In this document: positions 27,402 to 39,907 of the stretch, piece after piece
How positions within the stretch are numbered: the stretch's first letter is position 1
Layout of the letters: each line of letters starts with the position of its first letter
NCBI RefSeq assembly: GCF_006345805.1
Contig: NC_042997.1
Coordinates: forward strand, 173,414,001 to 173,478,000
Length of the DNA stretch: 64,000 nucleotides
DNA from: Octopus sinensis
Taxonomy: Eukaryota
Direction of reading: 5' to 3'
Translations under genes and position numbers: made by a program
Notes under the pieces: generated by a model
Told to the model about the DNA's origin: nothing
The model's database searches: none
Seen by the model: the letters and a program-made list of their open reading frames with translations, nothing else

Positions 27402-27464
<63 letters not shown>

Positions 27465-27569
27465 GGAATTCAATAAAGACCTTCTGACAAATGTAGTTTT
27501 TTCCACATAATAAAACAAATTAACTTGTCATTATAGGCATATCTGAATTATAAACACATACACAACACA

Positions 27570-27623
<54 letters not shown>

Positions 27624-27795
27624 ATATAATATATATATATATAATGTACTATATATACATATCTTTTGGAGAAAAATTAACCAATCTGTTACGAGGACCT
27701 TAAATCAAATGACAAACCTGAACATGGCGACCTACTAAAAAAAAAGTATTCAAATCTAAAAAAGAACCAAGCGACTACCCAACACCTTACCAGAT

Positions 27796-29597
27796 TTGAA
27801 GTTCAGGACGTATCCTAGAAGGTGTAATATACATCAGCAGAAAATCAGAAAATTATTTGTCGTCTCTAAGAAAGCTCCGGGGATACTTGTACTAGCGAAC
27901 AAAACAAGTAACACTTACATTGTTGATGTTGAGTTATATAAGCCAATGATTAGGAAGAAATTACACGGCAAATATAGACACGCCAGTGACGACGTATTTA
28001 AAAGAATTAACAATACAGGGTTACAAATCGTTAGTGATTTAGTTATAGATGATAGAACCGAGCCATACAACCATAGAAAACCACGAATCATGCTTAGGAC
28101 CATAAACTTAACTTTCTTATTCATCCACTCATATTGATTTGTCCTAAATCCTATATAGACATTATTAAGCAAAAACATCATTGATAGGGTAATACCCACC
28201 CTTAGGTCTAAAATTAAATTAGCCCTCTGGTCTGATACACAAGAGGTGGTGGCATGGTTTAAGCTTCTGGAAATTAGTAAGAATATTAAATTCTTGCAAC
28301 TATATATGTAGAGCTATTATGCTACTATTAACCCGATCATCCTTAATCAAGCCCTGAAATTCTGATTTGTCCCGTAGCGAAATAGATATTATACTTGCCA
28401 CGCGATCCACTTTAGTAGATTTTGGGTGTAGATTATGGAATAGATTAGATAGGGAGAATGGTTTTGATATAGCAATGCGGTCATATGACTCTGCACAGGT
28501 CACAGACCTAGTCGAAATAAATATCCTTTCATTAATCCAGTCTTCCTTTCCGGAAGTAACTAGGGGTCTATACAGAGATGACGCCTTATTTTTTCTGGAC
28601 AGAAGTTGCAAAGTACATTTAGAAAGGTATAGGAAAAATTTCTTTGAATTTTTAAAAAATTTAGAACTAAAGATTACTATGGAAAAGGATTATCATAGAG
28701 TAAATTTTCTTGACTCTACCTTCTGTCTCAATACTGGATTATTTGAACCATTTCGTAAGCCAAATGATCATATTAAGTACATTAGCGTAGCATCCAACCA
28801 TCCACCCTCGATAATGCGGAGATTAGTATTGAATATTTCTACAAGAATTTCTAGATTATCCGCTAATAATAAAATTCCTAAATCTAATCGATATCATGCT
28901 ATCTTGAATCGGCACACTGTGAAGGTATCCTACGCTAACTCTGCTAATTTAGAGCAGCTTATGCACCGCATAATCAATAGCAAAATGGGACAACAGTTAA
29001 AAAAAATACCTACTGGATATAGCGAACATGTGCATCTAAATACCATCAAAAGAGATGTAAACCGCAATGTAAAACACCAATTACGGACAAATTGCAATAG
29101 TAGAAATACTTGTGATACAGCTAACGCGTAACAACGTCGGAAAGAGTCGAAACTGCCTTATATACAAATAAATATGATAAATGCTCGTACAGAGAAAAAT
29201 AAAAATGCCCATTGATGAACCACTGTATGAGTACCGTGCACACAAAAAGGGAGGGCGGTATGTTTACATTGGGCAGACGGCTGATTCATTTACGAATCGC
29301 TATCGTAACCATGTTGCCAGCTTTAAGACAATCAATAAGAGATATTTAACATTTTTGGCAAATTTTGTATGGCGACTGAAGGAGGATAAAATTGAGTGCA
29401 GCATAACTTGGTCCATAATAAGGCACGCGAAACCATACAATATAATTTCCAGGAGATGCCGTCCCTATTCCGAGGAATCCCTGTCTATTCTGTGGACTAA
29501 TGAGAAAATAATTGATAGAATTTCTGAAAGACTCTCCAGATTCCTGCACGCATATAAATGTACTTTCGCACAATGCAGTGAGAATGAATTTGAGTAA
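27796..29597 (+). pseudogene. PLE reverse transcriptase, Cys-rich linker and C-terminal GIY-YIG, disrupted
   Basis: ADK-like ANKTSNTY; FDIAMRSYDSAQVTDLV; GLYRDDA; VNFLDSTF; YISVASNHPPSI; KCPLMNHCM (alternate frame); YIGQTADSFTNRYRNH..ITWSII..KPY. Multiple stops and frameshifts. Confidence 0.9.
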
Positions 29598-29674
29598 TTG
29601 TTAACATAATTTACTTTAAGGTATGGATGAACTAAGTTTAGTTTTAACTTCCCCATTCTTATAAACACCAACGT

Positions 29675-30062
29675 GGAGGCGCAATGGCCCAGTGGTTAGG
29701 GCAGCGGACTCGCGGTCATAGGATCGCGGTTTCGATTCCCAGACCGGGCGTTGTGAGTGTTTATTGAGCGAAAACACCTAAAGGCTCCACGAGGCTCCGG
29801 CAGGGGATGGTGGTAATCCCTGCTGTACTCTTTCACCACAACTTTCTCTCACTCTTACTTCCTGTTTCTGTTGTACCTGTATTTCAAGGGGCCGGCCTTG
29901 TCACTCTCTTGTGTCACGCTGAATATCCCCGAGAACTACGTTAAGGGTGCACGTGTCTGTGGAGTGCTCAGCCACTTACACGTTAATTTCACGAGCAGGC
30001 TGTTCCGTTGATTCGGATCAACCGGAACCCTCATCGTCGTAACCAACTGAGTGCTTCCATCC
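29675..30062 (+). mobile_element. SINE group B, tail B1, inserted in the PLE 3' region
   Basis: TSD AAACACCAA(C)GT at 29663-29674 / 30063-30073. Confidence 0.9.
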
Positions 30063-30288
30063 AAACACCAAGTAGATTTTCAACTCGTTTTGTGATCTTG
30101 AGTGCACCAAATTTCACATCTGCGTATGCATATATTTTCACGGATGCTTGTATGAGCGAATGTACACGCACCATGCAGCTCGCACGAGAGCGTTTATACG
30201 TCCATATTTGTTATCGGTTATTTTCAATACTTTTCTCGCTGTGTTCCGTGTTCGTTTCTCTTTTGCATCTGTGATTTTATTTTTGATA

Positions 30289-30657
30289 TCTTTATATATA
30301 AAAGTGAAGTTGTGTGTCTGTCTCCTCCGATTTAGATTCCTAACTACTCCCACATTTTGCGGTTCAGTTTAACCAAAACCGGGTATCTTATAGTCGTGAT
30401 TCATATCGAGCCCTTCTGGGTATTAGCGCGCGTCTACGATGAGTCTACGATTTTTAAAATAATTTACCATCATTTTTTTCCATTTTAATGCATTTTTTCG
30501 CTATCATACGATGAGTCAACGATTTAAAAAAAAAATTACCATAATTTTTTTTCCATTTTTAATGCATTTTTTTGCTATTTTTTTGGCTATAACTCTCTAA
30601 AAATGCTTTATAGTTATTTCCCTTACAAACCCGAGCAACGCCGGGCGATACTGCTAG
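30289..30657 (+). mobile_element. Non-autonomous Helitron
   Basis: 5' A|TC(TTTATATATAAAAG), 3' CTAG|T, subterminal hairpin CCCG-AGCAACGC-CGGG at 30630-30645, no TSD. Confidence 0.85.
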
Positions 30658-30744
30658 TTCTATGTAAATGAAGATTTTGACTGCTTGTCATTCTACGAAA
30701 TGAGAAGAAACATTGCGGAACTGTTATCTTAACGAGTTGTGTCT

Positions 30745-30858
30745 GTTTATCACCCGATGAGACGCATCTGCATCGCCGGATGCTCCTGAACCAGTCGTTG
30801 AGTGTCCCACCCGTGAGGGATCGATACTAGGTGTGTCGAAACAACGGCCGTGATTAAT
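30745..30858 (+). ncRNA. Degenerate type-I hammerhead motif with a long stem II insertion
   Basis: ATCAC-CCGATGA-GACGCATC...GGTGTGTC-GAAAC-AACG-GCC-GTGAT. Two T>C changes, at core position 4 and in the cleavage triplet. Confidence 0.5.
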
Positions 30859-31059
30859 ACACTCTCGTATATTCCATCTTCCGTCTTTCATTTACCATAT
30901 ACATACAAGGTACAGGAAACTTATATATACACCACTCTGCTTAAACAATGGAACTAAATACAATACCTTACTATCTCACGTCTGTATTCATTCCTCCACT
31001 TCACTCTGCATTTCATATATTCTCTATAATAACTATTACTTAATCATTTTCTCGCACAT

Positions 31060-31105
31060 TCTCTGATGAAGGGATATATAAAATATCCCGGAAACGGTTG
31101 TAAGA
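31060..31105 (+). ncRNA. Minimal type-I hammerhead ribozyme, intact core
   Basis: TCT-CTGATGA-A-GGGATAT(ATAAA)ATATCCC-G-GAAAC-GGTT-GTA-AGA; predicted cleavage after 31102. Confidence 0.8.
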
Positions 31106-31545
31106 CCTTCTCTTTATAAATGTTCTAAAAATTATTGACAGCCTTGAATTTTTTATCTTATTATATTTATACAGTAATGCTTCGGTATACGAGTTAATTT
31201 GTTCCTGGAGACCGCTCGTAAAGCGGAAACTCTTAAAGTAGAACAATAATTTTCCATAGTAGCAGTGTTATAAATCATATTGCATTCCCAGAAAAATATT
31301 TATGATATTCGTAAATAAATGGCAATAAAACAACAGCAAAATGAAAAGAATATTTTATGTAAAGTAAAAAGAATGTCAAAATCATTTATAATAGAAAAAA
31401 TTATTATTATGATTGTTTTCTGAATCACTTTCACTCACAATAGATTCGCGCTCATATCACTTGTAGGCGCAATCGCCGATTCACAAGTATTCGTAGACGG
31501 AATATATATATATATATCTATATATATCTATATATATATTATATA

Positions 31546-31869
31546 AATCAAAATAAGCAACAGGATATCTAAAGGTAGTGCAGTACAATCGTTTCATGCT
31601 ACTTCATTTAATTAAACAATGTATTGCATCGGTTTTAAGATGTAGAGCAATCTCCGGTTACATATGGAATTTTTTAATTAAATTGACAATATTCATTTTT
31701 ATACTTATTCCATTTTTATAATTATTGTCAATTTAATGAAAAAATTCCATATGTGGCTGAAGATTGCACTACATCTTAAAACCGATGTAATACATTGTTT
31801 AATTAAATGAAGTAGCATGAAACAATTGTACTGCACTACCTTTGGATATCCTTGTTGCTTATTTTGATT
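31546..31869. repeat. Long foldback element (~146-bp arms, ~31-bp spacer) next to (TA)n
   Basis: 31546-31691 is the reverse complement of 31723-31869, with a small number of mismatches. Confidence 0.9.
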
Positions 31870-31968
31870 ATAATCATCCCATTTTATTTATATGGATAAT
31901 ATCATACCAAATTCTGGTGCCTTTAACTTAAGTTCCATATTCATCTGAATCTAAACTTTTACTGAACT

Positions 31969-32002
<34 letters not shown>

Positions 32003-32016
32003 ATATATAACTAAAT

Positions 32017-32629
32017 AGTGTACATTTAAACACAAAGAGAAATTTACCTATAACAGGTAATTTCTACACGCTAGGAGACAGTCACAAAAAAGAAATTTAA
32101 GCAATTTCAAAGGGAATGCAAAATAAAAACTTTTACCTTGTTTTTACGGTTATACCTAGAGGTTTCGGATTTTTTTTAGTAAATAAAATAAAATAATTTA
32201 ATTTACAGGCAAATCTTTTTCAGTAACCGAGCCTTCCAAGACTAACTTATAATTATGAGACCGATAGCATGTGTCTCATCTCTATATGTTATGAATTTTT
32301 TTCAAAATTCACTACGCACGCGTAGTTTCAGTTGGCAGAAAATGAATAATGCTGAAACGAACTTTGAAAAGCTAATATCGATACTTAGATATCTATATAG
32401 GGTATTACTTTTTACAAATTTATTACCAGTGGCCTAGCATATATAAAAAAGGTCAATAGTCGACATATTATTCAATATAAAAGAGTGTACATTTAACCAC
32501 AAAGGGAAATTTACCTATAACGACTTAAGACCACAAAAAAAAAAAAATTAAGCAATTTCAAAGGGAATGAAAAATAAAAAATTTTTCCTTGTTTTAACAG
32601 AAATTACCTGTTATAGGTAAATTTCTCTT
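32017..32629. mobile_element. Unclassified element with a 30-bp inverted repeat and an internal ~110-130-bp direct duplication
   Basis: AGAGAAATTTACCTATAACAGGTAATTTCT at 32037-32066, inverted at 32600-32629; 32017-32145 duplicated at ~32486-32598. Confidence 0.55.
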
Positions 32630-32929
32630 CTGTTTTATCTTGTTAAATTTTTTCACAAATATATGAAAATCTATTTAGATAGATGCATCGATGTCCACAC
32701 TGAAGATTATAAATGGTACATGGGTTGTAATTTTTGTAAACATAATTGTTGAAATTTATTCAATATTCATTACTACATTAATTAATTTAAATACTCATTC
32801 GTTAATCTTACCAGGATGACAAGACAATTTAATTATTGTCGCAACAACTTTATTTCAAAATTAAATTTGGCATAAGAAAACAACGCGAGCTTTGAGCCCG
32901 TTAAACCGCAAAGGGCCATTAACATTGTG

Positions 32930-34190
32930 ACCTTGTTGAAATTTTCGGATGACTATATTAAATTTTGATTTCCTTGTCATGGACATCTCAATGTAGATTT
33001 GAGATTTCTTACCGTATTTCGCATGTTTCAAGTACTGGCTAATGACTAAATAAAGTCTGCTAAACTTCACTTAGAAAAATGTCATTCAATCATTGTCAAG
33101 ATCAGATGAAGATCATTTCAAATATCAATCACAAGTATAAAACGACTTCTATGTCATCGCTGGAGCTTTCTACGAACCGAATGTGCTGTTGCACATTACT
33201 CAGGCAAAAAAGCCGCGTGCTATTGGTGAGCAACTGATTCTACTGCGTGTTAAATAGATAGTATAAATGATTATTAGAGTGGTCCTTCTCTGTACCAATG
33301 ATATTGTATCAAATGGATTTATGAGAAAACAACAGTAACGACTTATTTCGTTTTGGGATTTGGTTTGCAAGATTCTTTATATGAGTTCGTGTGTTGAAGC
33401 ATATTCTGTTGTATCTGGGGAGAGTCATTTTCTTTTTGTGCCTTATAATTTAACTCACCGGTAAAATTTCCCTTTATTTTCCTAAAATTTTCGTTGCGTC
33501 TTGCAACCATTTCAGTAGTCAAGACCAACCAGACACAACAGAGTAACGACTTAGCAATTTAAAAAAATTAAATACTATTCTCTCTTTTGTATATAACTAA
33601 ATGAGGTAACTAATGCTGCTGCTTGATCTTAATTACAGTTCATTTTGTGATACATGTTCAACGGGAATATTAAAGATGTCTTTCTCTTTTGCAAGTTTTC
33701 TTCTGAACACAACCACACTTGCTGGTATCATGGAAGCTGTTGACAAACTTTTCATGGTCAACTGTTTAGATTCAAACGATTTTGAACACATATCTCCAAG
33801 AGCAACATGTGTGTATTGCTTCATAAATACAGAGGTTTTGGTTGCTGAAGCATTACCGAAGGACTTGAATGCTCTTTTCAGAGTCATTAAGATAGTTTAT
33901 TATGTAAAAATCGTTACTTTTAAATACATGTCCGTTTAACAAGATCCCTGCCGAAATATAGAGTCCGAATACGAAGTATTACTCATCTGTATTCTAATAC
34001 GATGGCTTTTTGCTGGAAATCTTCTGGCAAAGGATTTTAACAACACTAGAGACACATATCTCCTTTGGAGGCGAGCCGACAGTTTTGGAGAAAAAGTAGA
34101 AATCTTATAACATATGAAAGCAGAAATTAAATCATTGCATAAGAAGCTAGAGCTTTTGGACACAAAGAGTAGAAAAAGGGAAATCGTATC
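32930..34190 (+). pseudogene. hAT (Charlie/Buster-like) transposase remnant
   Basis: Fragments SDDYIKF..VLAN..KSAKLHLEKCH (BED-like), KKPRAIGEQLIL, CFINTEVLVAEALPKDL..VIKIVYYVK and SEYEVLL..IRWL; heavily frameshifted. Confidence 0.7.
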
Positions 34191-34297
34191 TAATTTCTAA
34201 TTTTTAGTTTCCTAGCTGAAAATACACGAAAGAAAAGTAAATAAATAAACAGCAACAAATCGTTCAGTAAATAATAATAATAATAATAATAATAATG

Positions 34298-34450
<153 letters not shown>

Positions 34451-34860
34451 TGTTGGAAGGCTTTCTTTTTTGCTTTCCTGAAGCAGTTCGAAAGGATGTC
34501 TTTATGATCATCAACTATTCATACGAAAAACTGACAAAATTCCGAACTGATGCAGAGAAATATTGGAAATTGAAGAATAACTACACAAAGTCACCACAAT
34601 AGTTTTTGTCTCCCGCAAGCTTCTATTCTTCACGCCAAAAAAGCCACCCTGGTATCACGGATCACGTACTCAGAGTTATTCTTTCAGTTGTATGTTTGTA
34701 TAAATATAGAGATATAAATTTTTTTTAAAGTCAACTCAAAACAGAAATAATTTGATGTTTGAAAATGATTTGCGCTGCACTTTATTGAACACTCAATTTA
34801 GCATTACGAATTTATCACTCTTGTTTTTCAGTAAATATTCAATTTAATTGTTTTCCATTA

Positions 34861-35025
34861 GGCGCAGGAGTGGCTGTGTGGTAAGTAGCTTGCTTACCAA
34901 CCACATGGTTCCGGGTTCAGTCCCACTGCGTGGCATCTTGGGCAAGTGTCTTCCGCTAGAGCCCCGGGCCGATCAATGCCTTGTGAGTGGATTTGGTAGA
35001 CGGAAACTGAAAGAAGCCTGTCGTA

Positions 35026-35063
<38 letters not shown>

Positions 35064-35270
35064 TGTGTGTCTGTGTTTGTCCCCCTAGCATTGCTTGACA
35101 ACCGATGCTGGTGTGTTTACGTCCCCGTTACTTAGCGATTCGGCAAAAGAGACCGATAGAATAAGTACTGGGCTTACAAAGAATAAGTCCGGGGTCGATT
35201 TGCTCGACTAAAGGCGGTGCTCCAGCATGGCCGCAGTCAAATGACTGAAACAAGTAAAAGATAAAAGATG
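34861..35270 (+). mobile_element. SINE group A, full length
   Basis: Complete head, CORE-like body, microsatellite and 3' tail. Confidence 0.92.
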
Positions 35271-35499
35271 CATAATTGATCATTGACTGAACTTGCTCAA
35301 CAGAATTTGGGTTAAGTTTCATTGACCTAACGACTCAATTAGTCCAACAATACCTTAAATAAATGAAAGTGGGACACGAAAGGAAACTAGTTGACGCTTC
35401 AGTTCTAATGGTCATCAAACTTGCAAGAAATACAAGTCAAATTTCACGCAGATCCTCCTCTGTAATCATGAAAGGAAGAAGCATTTATGATAATACATA

Positions 35500-36060
35500 C
35501 AAAGTGCATTCAAATCATATGGAAACTTTTCCAGGAGAAACATTAGTCTCCCCAAACAAAAAGAAAACAACTCTAATATCTTTCAAAGTAGAGTCCTCTG
35601 ATTTCAATGCACTTGTAACGCTCCAGTCATTCGTAAAGGTCCCCATGGAAGTCCCTCAAAGTTAAGGTGTCCAGTTCGGTGCCACAGCATCCTCCATCTT
35701 GTCCTTCAACTTGTGAAACAACCAAATGTCACAGGGAGCAAGGTATGGACTGTAAGAATGGTGAGGAATAGTTTTGATGCCTGTCTCTGTCAAATTGTTG
35801 GTTACGATGGAATGCGAACTGGTAAGTTGTCCTGGTGCAGGTGATCTCACCTTTTGCGACGAAATCTCTTCCTAAATTCCTTCAAAATCTCTTCGCAAAG
35901 TGCTCTATAAAGGTATATATTGGATTGATAAACCCTTTTTGATAGAAGCACTTGAAGGCTATCAGTGGGGCCGAAGATTCCTGTCCGGAATGAAAGCATT
36001 GGCCATTGTTAGGTATTGAAACAACACATTCTTACCTTCCAGTTATTCGGTACAGACTTC
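35500..36060 (-). mobile_element. Mariner transposase C-terminal remnant
   Basis: GIKTIPHHSYSPYLAPCDIWLFHKLK (YSPDLAPxD motif), followed by DFHG..WLERYKCIEIRG. Confidence 0.8.
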
Positions 36061-36092
36061 TACACATCTTATAAAGTACAATTTAACCACTC

Positions 36093-36123
<31 letters not shown>

Positions 36124-37957
36124 CATACATACATACATACATACATACATACATACATAATTACATACATACATGCATACATACATACATAGGTACCATG
36201 TATGTATGTATATATGTATGTATGCATGTATGTTTGTTTGTATGTATGTATGTTGTATGTATGTATGTATGTATGTATGTATGTATGTATGTATGTATGT
36301 ATGTATGTATGTATGTTGTATGTATGTACATGTTTGTACCGTTGCGCCATAGATTTTTCTTTCTCCTCTTTAAACACGAAACCAACGTTAAAATGTGCAG
36401 CACAGATAATGAAATAATTCGAACACTATTGCTGTCTGAATCAAAATTCTTTTGACAACTTATCGACAATAATATTAGTGTTAAACCTTTGTTAACTGAG
36501 ATGATGCAGTGTGGGTGGCGGAGAGAGACGAATGCAGTGCAGTGCTGTGAATAATGATGAATGAAGAAAATATATAGCACCCACAGGAGTGAAATTTATT
36601 TCAGAATAAAACAGCTTCCCGCGTCAATTAGTCGATATGAGTGATCGGCCGTTGGCATGGGTAAGTATTTCGAGTTGGAGGTGGGTTTAGGTCGAGAGAA
36701 ATGGAATATGATGTCTGCCAGAGAAGATAGTAATCTTGGTGAATGAGTTTATGTATTCTTCAGAACGCCATTGATCAGGATGGTTATTTTTTTTATTTAT
36801 GTATATTTTATTATTTATTATTTATATATATATTTTTTATTATTACGATGTTCCTCTGAGAAGAGTAAGAAGAGATGTTTGTTTTGACACTAAGTTGAAG
36901 TTTTATAAGCAAGCAGAAATACTCCAGATGTCGCCAGCGATTTGGTTTAATAATTAGAATGCGCTAGCAAGCTGTTGGGGTTCGACAAGACCGAAATATG
37001 TACGGTAAAAAGAAAAGCTCTACTCCTTCTGCTTTACACACGCACAAATACACTTTCACATATATGCATACACAATCATATATATATATCTCCACACACC
37101 GCTATTCTCCCGCACATTTGCAACCGTTCGTAGTTTCTACACGCGTCAGTGCAATCGAATTTAAAAGTTGAATTATAAGGGTGTCTGGTTGTGTGAAAAT
37201 GCTAAAATATTACTCTGTCACCACCACCACCACCACCACCACCACCACCACCACCACCACCGACCTCACCACTACCACCACAGCCACCACAACCACCACC
37301 ACCAGCAGCAGCAGCAGCAGCGACAGCACAGAAATAGCAGCATCAACATCAACACCAACAACAAACACATTATTTAATGATTTAATTCTCTGAAAAGACA
37401 AACGCCTATATATATCGGTATCAGCCATGCTTGTTGTTATATCAGAAGAAGCAAAGAGGAAGAAACATGAAAATATTGAACGTCAAAAATATAATAGATA
37501 GAAACAAAATAAAATAAAATCAACGAAATGAAATAAAATGCAATAAATAGTTCGCAATCGATAAGATGTAATACATTTGGCATATTTTTCTTATTGATTT
37601 GTTTTGTTTAGAATAAACAGTTCAGCAATGCCTGAATTCAAACATTTCTTCGCTACCGGAGTAAATGAAGAAACCTCTTGGTGATCACACGACAAGCTTG
37701 ACATAGCAGCTAAATCGCCATCACATTACAGTGTATTGGCTTAGAAACGGACACAATGAATTATGTGGCCCTGAGAAGAAAAAAATGAGGTAGTCTTGAT
37801 AGGAAGTTCTTTGATCATAAGTCTGATTATAGCTGATCTTTGGCTCAACAACCAAAATAACAGCTACAACATTTCTCCATATTCTATGATACCTGGGGAA
37901 AAAAGCAAAAACGAAATAAGAAACAAATTATAATTATAAATATATATATATATATAT

Positions 37958-38158
37958 AACGGGAAGCTTTATGAAAATAAACAAAAGACGAAGGCAGGTG
38001 GAAAACAAACGAACAATTGTATTAGTATGGCGCTCAGGAAATATAAATAAAACAAGTCTTTAACGTTTCGAGCCTACGCTCTTCAACAGAAAGATACACA
38101 GAGAGAGAAAAACACAGAAAGAAGGAGAGAAAAAAAATGCGTGCAGTAGCTAACGAAT

Positions 38159-38162
<4 letters not shown>
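37958..38162 (-). mobile_element. Family H2 element between (TA)n runs, variant hammerhead at 38057-38094
   Basis: TCTTT-CTGTTGA-A-GAGC-GTAG-GCTC-GAAAC-GT-T-AAAGA, with a perfect 5-bp stem I. Confidence 0.75.
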
Positions 38163-38197
<35 letters not shown>

Positions 38198-38604
38198 GAC
38201 ATATACACACACACACACACGCACTCACGCATACACATACAACCATTTAACCATGTAACTCCAAATAAATGAGTTGAATGTAATTTTCTTTCATTTGTCT
38301 ACTCGTACACACACACACACACAACAAATAGTGAGGGATTATTAATCCGAGCAAAATACTTCATAAGCTCTCTGTTGGCACATCAGGCTAACACTATTGC
38401 TTGCATTAGTAAAGAACTCCAAGTAATCTTTTGGTAGTGTTCCATGTCATGGTTCATCACAATTCTATTTTGTATATCTGTGGATGGGCTTCAGATAAAC
38501 TGGCTTTTACAGCGTAATTATATATATATATATATATATGATTGATTGATTGATTCTAGTTTCAGCTCATGAGCTGTGGCCATGCTGGGGCACCGCCATT
38601 ATAT

Positions 38605-39632
38605 ATATATATAAATCCTTAAATCCTTAAAAATGTTTTAGCCCGAAGGCCGCAGCCATGCTGGGGCACCACCGCTGAACGAGCTACACTAATATGTGAA
38701 TCCACCTCTGATATGTGGCACTTGATCAACAAGGGAGTTCGATGCTGCTGCCCGCATCTGCGTCTCCTGTCGTGAGGTAGGTTCATCTGGGACTCCCGAC
38801 AAGAAGAGATCCAGTTTAGTTTTAAAAAAAACCACATCCACACCATGTAAGTCTCTCAGGCATTTAGGGAGGATGTTTAAGAGCTTTAGCCCTCTGAAAC
38901 CCAAGCTGTTGCAGTATCTGGACCTGTATTTTGATGGTTGTGTAGCTTCTCTGAATTGCTTCGAGTTTTGCTGTTAGTTTTATATTGTGTGGTGACCATA
39001 GTTGGGAGCAGTAGTCCAAGCGGCTGAGGACGAATGTTTTTCAGAGGACCATCAGTGTCTCCTTCTCTCTTGTTCTGAAAGTTCGGAGAATCCATCCAGT
39101 TAGCCGTCTGCATTTTATCACCAGATTAGTAATATGCACTTGGAAAGATGCATCATTGCTCATGTCAATGCCCAGGTCACGCACTGATTTTGATCCAGGG
39201 ATTGCAATTCTTCCTGGGCCAGTGTATCCAGTCTGCACGTCGTTTACCTTTGTGTGCCGGTAGCGCAGGGTCTGGAACTTACCTGCATTAAACTGCATGT
39301 TGTTGTCCTTCGCCCACCTATATATTGTATCCAACTCCTGTTGCAGATGCGCAATATTTTCAGGGTTTTGTATCGTGTGGGAGACTTTTGTGTCATCTGC
39401 ATAGCTAGCAAGGGTGGCCATCATAGCAACTGAAGGCATGTCTGAAAGGGCCACTATGAACAGCAGTGGCCCCAAGACAGTGACCTGTGGAACACCGCTT
39501 GTTATTTGTGTTTCCTTGGAGGTGGCTCCATTGCTCACAACTGCCTGTCTTCTGTCTTTTAGGAAGTTGTGCGGCCACTTTCCAAGTTTTCCGCCTATGC
39601 CGAGACCATATATATTGCTTGCATTAGTAATG
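38605..39632 (-). mobile_element. 5'-truncated CR1/L2-group LINE (RT domain and 3' UTR)
   Basis: ORF 39041-39739 contains SGVPQVTVLGPLLF, YADDTK, FNAGKFQ and VRDLGI; the C-terminus ..KTKLDLFLSGVPDEP..SNSLVDQ lies in other frames. The 3' end has (TTTAAGGA) repeats. Confidence 0.9.
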
Positions 39633-39635
39633 TAT

Positions 39636-39690
<55 letters not shown>

Positions 39691-39907
39691 TAGATATAGA
39701 TATGTGTGTGTGTGTATGTGTGTGTGTGTAAAGATACAAGTGGAAATAGCACAGGAGTAAGTCGAAGATACTTTAAGATGGAATTTAATAAAAATGACTT
39801 TCAAATTATATGCCTTAACATTTACGTATGTGTGGTGTGTGTGTGTGCGAGTGTGTTTGTGTGTGTGTGTGTGTAAATGTAATATGTGACAATTATTCAG
39901 TAGCCAT

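Larger units (their letters stand above)
27661..31500 (+). mobile_element. Penelope-like element (family P2) with nested SINE and Helitron, bounded by (TA)n
   Basis: RT and GIY-YIG remnants, then hammerhead motifs at 30745 and 31060; (TA)n at 27575-27660 and 31500-31545. That the 3' region belongs to this element is inferred. Confidence 0.65.

Noticed and set aside
28135-28137. In-frame TGA near the position of a conserved Cys in the P2 RT (selenoprotein PLE idea)
   Set aside because: The ORF also has TAG/TAA stops and frameshifts, so it is simply decayed. The endonuclease is C-terminal, unlike the permuted Naiad-type elements, and I found no SECIS.
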